Assembly: GCA_028534125.1 (NCBI GenBank)
Contig: CM052848.1
Span: 13,020,001 to 13,084,000 of the forward strand
Origin: Lama glama
Lineage: Eukaryota
DNA length: 64,000 nt
Direction: 5' to 3'
Positions within the stretch are counted from its first letter, which is position 1, and each line of letters starts with the position of its first letter. Below, piece after piece: positions 1 through 11,510 of this stretch. The position numbers and the translations under genes were made by a program. The notes under the pieces are model-generated. The model worked only from the letters and a program-made list of their open reading frames with translations. It did no database searches and was not told the origin of the DNA.

Positions 1-3000
1 CAGGGCTTCTCCACGGCGGGTCTGTGTCCTGTCGGACGCACACCCGGTTCGCTTGACCTCCAGATGAAACGCATCCTTGTGCGTTGCACAGCCGCCTCCA
101 GCAACCCACCTGTTCTCTCATCCCCCTCGCAAATGGTGTGAACCCAAAATGTGGGAAATGAAAGCTCACACTCTGAACAGCAAGACAGGCGCTTCTGGAA
201 AACCCCATGGTAACCAGTGACTGAAATCAGGGTAATTTTTTGACGACTAAGAGGCTCCTATTTAAAGAACTAAGCGTCTATGAGCAAAAGGAGCAGCAAA
301 TAGCAAACCAACTCCCGGAAGGAGAACACACGGAATAAATCCAGACAGAAGCTCACAACACACTGGACTCGACACGGTCTGTTAGCCGTCCTCCCCGCCC
401 CCCCCACCCGCGCGGCCCCCGCCCGGGGCCGGGCTGCTCCCAAGAGACCTGGTCCTTCTCCATCAACGCCCCCCCGACTGCAGACAGTTCTGCACACCAC
501 ACAGCATGACAAAAACACCCCTTAGAATAAGGGGTAATTCATTCATTCCAATTAAACCCCGTAAAGTTCAGCTTATTATTTAAATACTTATCTATTTAAG
601 AATCTGAGGCTCTTTCTCCCCAGTAGCACAACCTGCTTATTTCACACTAACTTCCTAAAAGCTTACGCTTTATTTAGTTCCCACAGACAGTTAAACACTG
701 TCTCCGGGACTGTCTTTTCCCAGCCCCGGGGTCAGTTATGTCCTTTAATAACCACAGGCACAGGTCCCCGCTCGACAGGCGCACTGCACACGAGGGCGAT
801 GCTAAGCCCTCACGGGCCTTCTCCGACCCCCACAGGTGGGAGAAGGACCCGGGCTGTCCCTCTTACCTGCGGGTGTCTGGTGGCCCCTGCATCCTGCTTT
901 CAGGTCCTCTGCAGAGGAAGCCTGCCCTTCCTTGGGTTTATGGTAACGGGGTGTCTGATGCAGGAGGGGTGTGGCTCCCCGTGCAGGATGGCAGGTGAAG
1001 ACAGGGAGCGCGGGGTTTTGTCACTTCACAGGTGAAATCCAATACTGGGCCTTTCATGTCTCTCGCCCCTCCCCACCCCTCCCCGAACCTGTTTCTTCTG
1101 CACCCGCTCACCCCCACCCCCAGGCAAAGGTATATTTCCTGAAAACTGGAAAAACCAGGTACTAGCAACCTCAGATCAGTGCTAATTAAATTAGGCTGTA
1201 AAATTCAGGCTGTGAGTGACGGCTCCCCCGTTCCGACTGGGCCCCTAACAGGCCTAGTGAGTGCCTCTGATGCCACCCTGGTCCGGGGTGGATGGGGCTC
1301 AGGCCGCGAGCACATCAAGGGTTCTGAGCAGACTGACTTGGAAGCAAGCCTCTCCTCCTGGCCTTTTCTGCCCCAGCTTCCATGTCACGTGTTAAGTTTC
1401 AAGAGCTCGAATAAGTACCCGCGTAGCATTTCATTAGCCACTCAAGTTCCATCTTTGTTATTAACATCGTATTGGGTGATCTTTACAATAAGCACACGGA
1501 CAGTGGGTGAGGGCGGCGCTGAGTTGCCGCCTGACTTCGGGAACCCTTCCCAGGCTGAGTCCCCCTGAGGTGACACTCTTGGGGACACAGGGGGTCCATC
1601 ACCTGATGTCTCGCTGGGCCCCCGTGCAGTCCTGGGGGCCAGAGCCTGGACATCAGGATGCCAGCTGTAACAGCGGGCAGCTCTGCTGTCTCTGGTTTGT
1701 TCCCACGGAGGGAACCCTATCTCGTCTCAGAAGCACCCGGCCATGGCACGCTGTCATTGGGCACGGAGGAGAGGGGCTTCCGCTCTGTGGCTCTGCCTGC
1801 GGGGAGGGAAGGTGGCCCACCCTCCCTTGAGCTACACGTGAGGTTGCAGAACCAGGAGCTGGCCCTGGAAGGCAGCAGGGGGAGGACTGGCCCTGGGAGA
1901 GGACGCTGATCCACACAGGACAGCAGCTCCACAACGTGGCTGGGGCCAAGGAGGGGCAGCAAGCAGGACCCCTTCCCCAGGGCCACCCGGGCACTCAGTA
2001 CTTCTGAGATCAGGTCCCTGGGGTAGTCAGCTGTGGGTTCATATTTCACAGAGAAAACCAGAAAAAAGTTAAGAATATCAAAGGTAGAATTTTCTTTTGC
2101 TTCAGAACTTCATGTCCCCCGAGGCTGCGGTGGGCCGGGATTTGAGGTCCCGCAGGCTGGAGGGGGCTAGATGGGGAGTCTTGCTGCTCTCTGGTCTTCA
2201 AAGCGAGTGTTTATGGGTTTCTTGATTGTCTTTTTATCCTCTTTTGTTATCAAAGAGGCTTGTAACAGTCCTGAGTGCAACAAGTGACTTCCTGATTTTT
2301 CTGCCAAACAAGGTGGTTATAAAACTTGAAAGAAATTGGGCACTGAGCGAAAGTGCCTTTGCAGAAAAATTTAAGGTGAGTTTGATCCTTTAATTGCCTA
2401 AATTTTACCTCATAAACCAACCTCTTTCCCCCTTTTCCTCAAAGCCTCCAACGACACGGTCTACGGAGTTAAACCAGACTGGAGTTGCTTGTTCGAGAGC
2501 CGCCAGGATGAGACTCCCTCCTGGACCAGCGTGTGTGGGAGCAGCGGCCTCTCGGAGGCCAAGGGTGGAAACCCTGCAGATTAGCGGTGCTAAGGCCTGT
2601 CAGATGTGGCTTTGTGGGACCCCCCCACCGCCCGCAGCCACAGAGTGTGGAGGCAAGGTGGACGTGGGGGGAGCAGAGCTCACCATGCATGGACAGAGAG
2701 ATGCGGGGGGAGGAGCACACAGAAGTGGCTCTGAGCCTCGACAGTGCCAGGGCGGCCTGGGTCTAAGTGTGGAGCCTCCAGCCCGGCCCTGGACGTCCCA
2801 TCTGTCCTCACGGACTGACGTGAGGCGGTGAGGTTGGTCTCACCTACACACTGGAACCCGAGGTTGTAAAACAGTGAAGCAACAGATCAGGAACTGGAAC
2901 CTGTGGTGGGTGGTATTTATCTAAACACCAGCTTTTGTAAGAACCAAATGAGAAGGGAGTTGAAGTTGTAAGAGCAGCCTCAGCCCTGGACCCAGCAGCG

Positions 3001-3089
3001 GGTTAACATCCCTCAGCCTGGCCCGGGCCATACCTCCTCCAGGCAGGCTGCCGGATCACAGCTTCCAATGGGTTAGGACCCAAGCCTGC

Positions 3090-3225
3090 TCTCTGCTCAA
3101 CATGTGTCCACAGACCGGCGACCTCAGCGTCACCTGTTAGAAGGGTGAGGTCTCTACCTGCCCAGGTCTCCTGAATCAGAATCTGCCTCTTAACCAGGTT
3201 CCCGGGTGATTCAGCGACCACGGAC
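3090..3225. mobile_element. MER5A-like hAT-Charlie MITE remnant
   Basis: CTCAGCGTCACCTGTTAGAA...CCTGAATCAGAATCTGCCTCTTAACCAGGTTCCCGGGTGATTC resembles the MER5A core. Confidence 0.65.
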
Positions 3226-6200
3226 ACCTGAGGAGGGATGGAGTCGCTCCCAGGTTTCCAGCCTCCCGGGTGCACGGCTCCGACAGTAAAAAGACTGCAT
3301 GAGGGTCACACACGTGACGTTCCACTGCACCGATCTGCTTTATGTACATGGTACATATACACATGTGTGGAAAGTTGAGAAGCAGGAGGTTAGGGTGGAA
3401 AACCATTCATTTACTAACGGTGCAAAGTCGTTTGGTTGTTTAAACTTTGAAAACCAGGGTCGTAGCATCTCGTGTCTGTTGAGAGAGGTTTCTCCTCCTC
3501 GGTCATCACTGTGAGGAGTGGTGAGGGGTCAGGCCCACAGGAAGCCCCGCGCTTGCTGGGGTTGAGGCCGAGGGGCCAGTAAGAGCTCCCTGTCTCCCCC
3601 TTGACAGGAGTCTGGGGGCAGGCGTCTCAGAACTCCCCCGTTCCCCCCCGCCAGAGTGCGTCTGGCCTCAGCCTCCAGCTCCAAGGTCCAGTCCCGGCTC
3701 TTCCTCTGGCTGCGGGAGAAACCAGCCAGCACGCCTTCCACACACCGTGCACACACGCCACATTGACCGGACTCAGGAAACCACCCAGCCTTGGATTCGA
3801 GGCACCTGGATGATGGCACAGTCCTTGGGGATCTCGAGGGGCGGGGCCCTGGGCCTGGCTGCGCCATTGGGAAGCCCAGGCTCCGAGAAGGAGGATTTGG
3901 GCCTCGGAGAGAAGATAACCCAGAAGATTTTAAGTTCACGCCTCTGCAGGACTTGAAGTCGTTTGATTGTCCTAAACGTGCTTTTCAAAAGTGCCTCTAA
4001 GTATCTCGTTCCCTCAGATGCGTCTGGCAGGTCCTGGGTCGCAAGCTGAATAAACTGCTCAGTTTCCGGGAGCCGTGGGTTCAGCCCCCCGACAGCCGGA
4101 CGCCCCACGGCCCTGAGATGGGGCACCTCTGCACCACCTCCGGGACCTGCCCGTCTCGAGGCACAAGCCCGTGGGCCCCGCCCCGTCGGGGTTGCGGGGA
4201 CAAAGGTAGCACCAGTTTGACGTTTCCCTTCTGCTTCTGCTCTCCTCTCTGCCTTGGCCCCACTCTTCAGATACACATCGGAGTCTGTTTCTCAAGACCC
4301 CACGTGGAACTGCCCATCTCCCTGCCCCGTTGATTTGTACGACTCGGGTGTGAGGCTGAAGTAGCTCCGGCTCCGGGAGGACAGGACAGGGAGCCGGCTC
4401 GGGGGCTGGCACTTCTCAGACGTTCATGGGGCCAGACCCAAGCGGGGCCTCGGCACAGAGGGGTCCCAGCCCTGAGGATGGGGGTGCAGCGGGCGTCGCT
4501 CAGAGCAGACAGCTGCAACACAGCCAGCGAGGCTATGAAGTGGGGCAGTTTGCTGCAGCTTCGCACTTTATTCCCCTTATTTCTCAGACCAATTTTTGAT
4601 TAAGTGTGGGAATTTCACCTTGAGTCCCTGAAGAAAAGGTATTACTACATGCACAGCCGGCAGCATCTTGGTGCTGAAAGAAATACAAAAGGTGTGAACG
4701 ATGAGAAGCCACAGTCCCAGGGCCTCACCGTCCAGTGGGAGAGACAGAAGGATAGAAACAGAAGAGCAGTGCCCAGCGGGATGACATCGCCGGTCAGAAG
4801 GCGTCAAGGGGAACCAGCACCCGTGGGTCCCCAGGACGGTCCAACTCCACACGGGAAGGGACAGTGGGGGACTCAGGGAAGGGCAGTGGACTGAAGGGGA
4901 GAGTCCGGCTCTGGGGCTGGGGCCTCCATATGGAGTGGTTGCCATATGACCACGTTCTGGGGAGCCACAACGGTCCATGACGGGGCTGCTTAGAGCTGGA
5001 ACTCTCAGGCCCACCCAGGCCCTTGGAGTCAGGCCTGCACGTCCCCGTGGCCCAGGGTGCGTGTGAGGATGGAGAAGTTCTTCTTCGGGGTGGGAGGAGC
5101 CAGGGGAGGGCTTGCAACCAGGCTTAGGACAAGGAGCCCTTTCAGGATTGTTCATCTGTGCATGTGAGCTCAGAGATCTGGCAGCCAGGAGCTGCGGGAC
5201 TGAGCCCTGAAGCTGGAGGGAGAGTCCCGATGTCCTGCTGGAGGAACCGGCGGGGCGAGACCCACATGGAGGCACCGGACAGGCCTGGGGAGCCGTGTTG
5301 GCCAGAGGTGGTCCACACTCTGCATGATCATTTGTCAGTTCCAAGGGGGAGCAGGGTTCACTGAGAGCTGGGGTTCTGGGCATCACCAGTTTCTCCCCAC
5401 TCAGGGAACCCAGCAGAAAAACTAGGGCAGTGGTTACTTGAGGCTTCAGTAAAAGAAATGTTACTAGAATTTCTATAAGCCTAGAATTTCACATCATTAA
5501 AATAAGTTCAGAAAATGCACTTTAATTTGTTAGTGGTTCCAATAAAAGAAGACTCTCTGAACAATAATGTTTCATCCTGGGAATCAACTACAAGACCAAA
5601 CACATTTGGTGGAAATAGCTACCCTTCAGCAGGACAGAACGACCCATGAAAGGCTCCAAGACCTCGGTGGGGGTGGCCTTCCGCTTGTCCCACAGCAGAT
5701 GAGGAAGGGGCGGTGAGGTCACTGGTCTCAGGGCTCAGAGAGTGAGGAGCCTGCAGGGTCACCGAGGGGAGACCGGCCTTGGACACGGGTGGCCTGACTC
5801 CCAGGCCCATCTCAGCTCCCAGGCCTTCCTGCCTCTGGACGTGGGCCAGGAGAAGGGGGTGCAGTTTCCGCTCCGGGAAGGGGACACCTCCTGCCCGGTC
5901 TCCCCTTGGCCTTCTTGAATTTTCTTCTAGAGCTTTCTGAGCTGGGCATGCCCAGAACACAGCAACCTGTGCCCCAAACCCAAAAGTGGCTCCTACAAGG
6001 TGCTTTGTGGAGAGCTAGGCCTTAGGCAGAGAGAAGCAGGAGCAGTGTGAGGGTGACCTGCCACCACCAGCCTCCTCTGGCCTCCGCCCCCACTTCTATT
6101 GGCCAAATCCACCCGGGACCCTGTTGGTGCCGCCCACGCAGGAACCTCCCAAACAGAGCAGGGAGTGGGCTGGAGGGTTGGGAAAGCCGAGTGCGGCGAG

Positions 6201-9200
6201 GACAGGACTGGGGCTCCTCTGTCTGGCTCAGCTGGGCCCCACATACAGCAGGTGCTCATAGCATTGGTGGAGGGGGTGGGAACTGCCCTGAGTGGAGGAG
6301 GGGGATGTGTGCCCACAGGTCTCCCCGCCCCGAGCAGGGCCACCGCTCTCGGCAGGCAGTAGGTCGTCAGCCCCAGAGGCCCAGGAGAGAGCTGGGGGCA
6401 CAGGCTGGGGTGATTAAACCAACTTGCCAGATTCTGGCATGAGTGAAGGATGGTCGTAGGAAGTGGGTTTGGAGCAGCAGAAACACCACGCAGGCAGTCC
6501 TGATGCTGGGGCGTCTCAGTGTGGAGACGGGCTCGAAGGAAAGGCAGAGGAAAGACAGAAAAGTCCCTCCTGGAGGCAGGGGGCGTCCACGGATTTGTTA
6601 GCACAGCTGCAAACTTGGTTAAATTAAACCCACAGAACAATCCGCACACAGAGCTGAAGGAAGCAGATGATGTGGACGCAAATGAGCACAGTTTGAAAGC
6701 TTTCCAAAAGGAAGCCATTAACCCGCAGGGCGGGGAGCAGACACCACAGCTCCTGCGGGGCTCAGGCGGCTACTGCTTCCTGAAGCCGACTGGTGCTAGC
6801 TCCAAAAACGCTCAGCGTTGAGGAAAACAAGATTCAACCCAACTCCCAGATGCCGGGCCACCGATGACACGAAGTCCCCCCACACACCCCATCTCTTTCT
6901 CCTCCTGCCAGTATCACTCACGCCCAGGAGCAGACCTCTCCCGCTGTGGATCAAGATACCTTCCAGCCAGCCTGGGAGTCAGACCAGCCCGCCACCGCCC
7001 TCCTTGCTGGGGCCGCAGGGGGCTGCCTGCGCCTCACTCCCCAGCATGGTCCCAGCCTCAGCCCAGCTACTTGGTTGTCGCATTTCACACACACCCGACC
7101 CAGGGAGCAGAGACACCCCCACCCAGGAATTCTGGGGCAGGGACTGCGCAGTTCAGGGCTGCTGTTTGTCCAAAACACAGTGAGTGAAGTGGGGGGAAGG
7201 GTGGAGTGAGGGCCCACGGCGGGGAGGCGTCAGCCGTGGGGCTGGGGGAGGAAAAGCCCTCCTGCCTCCCACCGGGGGTTACACTAATTAGGAGGCAGAG
7301 CTGGTCCTTCCAGTGGAGTTTCTTCATTTGAATGTGTTTCCCGTGCTGGGGGGGCTGTGGCCCTACCGTGTGATGGGGCCCCATGCCCGCCTCCCAGGCC
7401 TGGGGTGCGTGTGCCGTGGGCACCTGTGCTGTGGGCACCACAGGGTGGGCGTGGGGGTCGTCCTGCATTCTCCAGCTGAAACCCAGCTGCGTCCCGTCTC
7501 CTGGTTGTTCTTTAACCTCAGCTCTTCCATCCCCTCCAGACTTGCTTCACTGACTCCAGACAGATCCCACGGGCTCACCAGAGTCACTCCCCGAAACCTG
7601 CGCTGGTGGCCCTCAGGGCACAGGCGGGAGTCCCCTTTCTGGAGGTGAGGGTGAGCCCGCCTCCTGTCCCTGCAGCGACGGTCACCCGCCAAGGCTAGGC
7701 TCGCGCCGTCCGTGATATTTACTTGACACTGTGGGCAGCGCCTTACGCAGGCGCTCTGCGGTGGGAGCTGCTACTTTACACAGAGTGCAGCCAGGATGGG
7801 GGTGTCTGTGACACGGGGACCTGAGGGGAGGAGGCGGCACCAGAGGTCCTGGGCAGGATCATTTGTGCAGAAGGAACAGCAGGGGCAGCGCTGCGGCGCA
7901 TGTGAGGAGCAGCAGGGAGGCCGGTGTGGCTGGAGTGTGGCCAGGGTGTTGCTGGTGGGGACAGCACTGCCCCGTCCTCCTCAGGACTCCTGCCCCATAA
8001 GTCAGGGTCTGGGGCCATTCTGGATCCTGGCCAGACCGACAGGCTGCTCCAGGGAAAGGCAGACCCCTCAGACAGGCTTGGGTTCAGGAAACCAAAGTTC
8101 CAATGGACAAGTAGAGGCCCAGCTGGTATTAAGTTCAGCCCAGGGTGCACACCGAGTGTGCCAAGGGCCGACACGGTCCCCAGCCCATTCTCAGGGCTCT
8201 GCCTGCCTTATCGCACACGATCCCACGAGTGAGCTCAGGTAACAGGTGGTCGTGACGGCCAGGACCGCCCGGGTTCCAGCCCCACACACGGAGCAGGACC
8301 TGTGCTCAGTCCCTCGCGGGCAGGAGGCTGCGCTCTGCCCTCATTCCTCACTGCCCCAGCCCAGCACCCCTTCCCAAGCCCTGCTTCTCGGTGGCTCCGT
8401 CCAACCTGACACCCAAGGAGAGGGAAGGCTTCTGGAGTGAAGCAAACATAGCTTGGGCCCCCTGCAACCCTGATTCTGCCGTTGGGAGAAAAGGCGGCCC
8501 AGTGCTGGAAGGAGAAGGTTCTGCGCAGCGTCCTCTGCCCCCGGCCCACTGCCCAGGCTCTGCGGCCAGCCGGCAGGAGCGTCTGCTGAGGGGTCTCGGA
8601 GCTCAGCGCTGCCTAGGGTTTCAGAAATCTCTAAATCTCCCCACCTCTGAAAGGTTCTGATATAAAGTGAAATCTCGTTGCAGCAGTGCCCCCGCCCCAT
8701 CCCAGATCTAACCTCTGGAGGAGCCCAGGGAAGGTCCGGGTGGGAAGGTCCCAGCAGGACACGCTCCTGGGGTCGCTCGCCTCTGAGCCTCGGCCACGCA
8801 CTCGAGAAGGAGCGACAGTCTATTTCACAGGCTGGTGTGTCCAGCAGACGCTGGCTGAGCGCCGGCCGTGCGCCAGGCGCGTGCTGGTGCCGGTGCCGCT
8901 CCCCGTCCTCAGAGGCACTGAGCGGAGTCTGGCGCCCAGGGGAGTGTGTCCTCTTGTTTGTGTAACTGTGGGCTGTTTGTCCTACTTTCTCTTTTCCATC
9001 GTGGGGCCATGAGAGCAGAGGATAGGCCTATTTCTTTTAGATCCTCTTGTAAGAAATTGGGTAAGGTCAGGAGCACAGAGAAAGCCCCCAGGGAGACCGA
9101 AGAGTGCCTGCAGGTAAATAGGACGGCCGGCCCGGACTCAGGGTCCAGGCTCCAGGGGACACCGGGGAGGCAGTGGGAGGATGCTCAGCCCGACGGAGGC

Positions 9201-11139
9201 CTGCATCTCCAGGCCCTGCTCTTACTTAACTGATGCCGCGGGAGGCAAACAGCCAGTTCCTTAAGGAACACGGATACATTTGTCGGTGTCTCGATTCTGT
9301 TGATCCTGTAAACATAAGGAGAGCCCAACATTCTACTGTTCTGAGTTTTGCAATCTTCACAAAATAAATATTTGCCTTCAAAAGCAACAACTCAGATAAC
9401 CATCAGGGTAACATTCTCGAGCGTCGTCCCCCACCCCCAAGCCAGGAGCTGAGGTCAGCGCAGAGAGCTGTGTGTGGTCTGTTGGATGATGACTTTCACG
9501 TGGAAACCTCAGGTTGGAAACCAACTGGCAGCCATTTGGAAACGTTTGGTCTCTCAGTTTCTAGATTTGACTCAAAACCAAGAATCCCCAGTCCCTGGGA
9601 CGTCCATTGGTTTCCTCCGTCCACCAGGTGAGGAGCAAAGTGGCTTAAGCGAGTGCTAACGGGGGATGAAGACACTGCGAGGACCTCAGGGGTCGTGGGG
9701 ACTGGACTGGCCCTGCCGGAGGCCACCGCGTAGTCAGACGCCCGCTGGGTGTTCACACACCTCAGGGACGGGTCTCTCTCCAAACCCCTCTAAGAATGAG
9801 GTAAGACTGTAAAGGAGTCCTGCCGATTTTAGATGACACAGTGACACACAGATGACACAGCCCAGCAGCAGAAAACCACGCCATGCAGACCTCGTGCCAT
9901 TTATAGGTGCCACCCTGGGCCGCCGCCGCAGCCTCCTCTGGGCTGCGCTCTGCAGACAGGCCGGCTTTCTGCGGAGGGGGGAACATCTAAATAGCCCCAC
10001 AGTGTCCATTCTGACTGGTTTTCTTCATTATGGACAAGAAGTTTTAGGAATAGTCATTTTGAGCCATTACTGAGAAATACATCTTAAAGAAAATGAACCT
10101 TGGGAGTCCTTTAAAAAAGTGCATTTCAATGTTTTTAAGGATTAGGGTTTTCTGGGCCAGTGGTAATGTTCGTTAGGCAAGAACATGGACCTCAGTCATA
10201 ACAGTAACCCATGAAGCCATCTCCACCAGGTAAACAAAACCTGCCACACCGACAGGCCTTTGTAGCCCGCCCCACCGTGCTGTGGTCTCCGGTACCGTCA
10301 GGAGCCCAGCCGGATGCCAGGCCACTGAGGCCCCCTCTGGCTCCTCCCTCAGGACCCGTCCATGAGCTGTCACCACCCCACTTCCCACAGACAGGTCCCT
10401 TCCTGCCCAAAACATCTCCACGGCCCTGTTATGAGAGTGAACTGAGCCTGCCACGTGCTCGTGTCCATGTGCTGGATGGGTCCTGCGGCCAGGGCCACCC
10501 CGAATCCATGAGGGCGTGTGGAGTGGACGGAGCCACTCTGAGTTGTCCAGCCGGAACTAAAGCCCCAGCTCGAAATCAGTTCCCTGGCAACTCACCCGGC
10601 CGGGAGAGGAGGCTTCCTGACTGACCGTCAGGGCGCTGCTCTGCCCGCCCAGCCCTGCCTGTCTCCCAGTGCGGGGAAGCACGTCCCATCTCTCCCAGTG
10701 ATGGGGGCAGGGGAGTGCATGGAGCTGGCGGAGGCTCGGAGCTCTGGGCTGACTGCTGGAGTATCCGGGAGGGCTGGAAGGGCCATGTTTGACTCTACGA
10801 GAATGTTAAGTGTTTTCTTTCTGGTTTGAGATTTCTAAAAATGTAAGCATTTGTTTCACATCAGTCTTCAAAATTTTTCTCAGAAGGGGCCCCTTTGTCA
10901 TTATTAATTGCAAAGAGAGCAGATGTCGAATTCAAAGGCCAACTGCCCCTGCCACCAGCCCCCAGCCCCACCAGCCACCTCTGTCCCACCAGCCCCACCT
11001 GTGCTCTCAGGAGGAGGCCACCTGCAGATCAGCTCATGGGAGCTGGGTTTCAAAACACACCACCTGGCTGCTGTGGGCACGGATGGTCCCAGGATGGCCT
11101 GGGCAGTCCCACCGGCCTCAGTGAAACCCAGACTCCTCG

Positions 11140-11510
11140 CCGTGGCCTCCAGCTCTGCTCACTCTGCCCCCTGGTCTCCTCTCTCACCCCCACCTTCCCT
11201 CTGCTGTAGCCACGCCGCCCTCCTGCTGGGGTGAGACCTCTCGGGTCCCCCCGCCAAGATTCCGTCCTCTCGAAAGGCCCCTCACTCTCTCCCAGGCTCT
11301 TTTCTGCTCACCGGCGTGCTTCTTCTCGGTGCTAGGTTTACTGAAGTCGTGTCCCAGGACTATGGCTCCTCTTTCCTCACTGGAAGGGGAGTGCCACGAA
11401 GCAGGGGCACTTCCCCACTGCCCACAGTGCTGTCGTGTCCCCACGTCCCGGGCAGTGCCTGCCACGGGGCAGATGCTCAGAATGACTTGTTGGACGAATG
11501 AATGAATGTA
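11140..11510 (+). mobile_element. L2 LINE 3' end
   Basis: ...GGCAGTGCCTGCCACGGGGCAGATGCTCAGAATGACTTGTTGGACGAATGAATGAATG is a typical L2 terminus with a (GAAT)n tail. Confidence 0.7.

Noticed and set aside
1610-1645. Minus-strand GGACTGCACG resembling EDAR exon 2 (..GDCT..)
   Set aside because: No ATG or MAHV context and no suitable splice sites.
4577-6718. 269-aa and 241-aa minus-strand ORFs
   Set aside because: No recognisable domain or splice structure, and no similarity to EDAR; consistent with chance in GC-rich intron.
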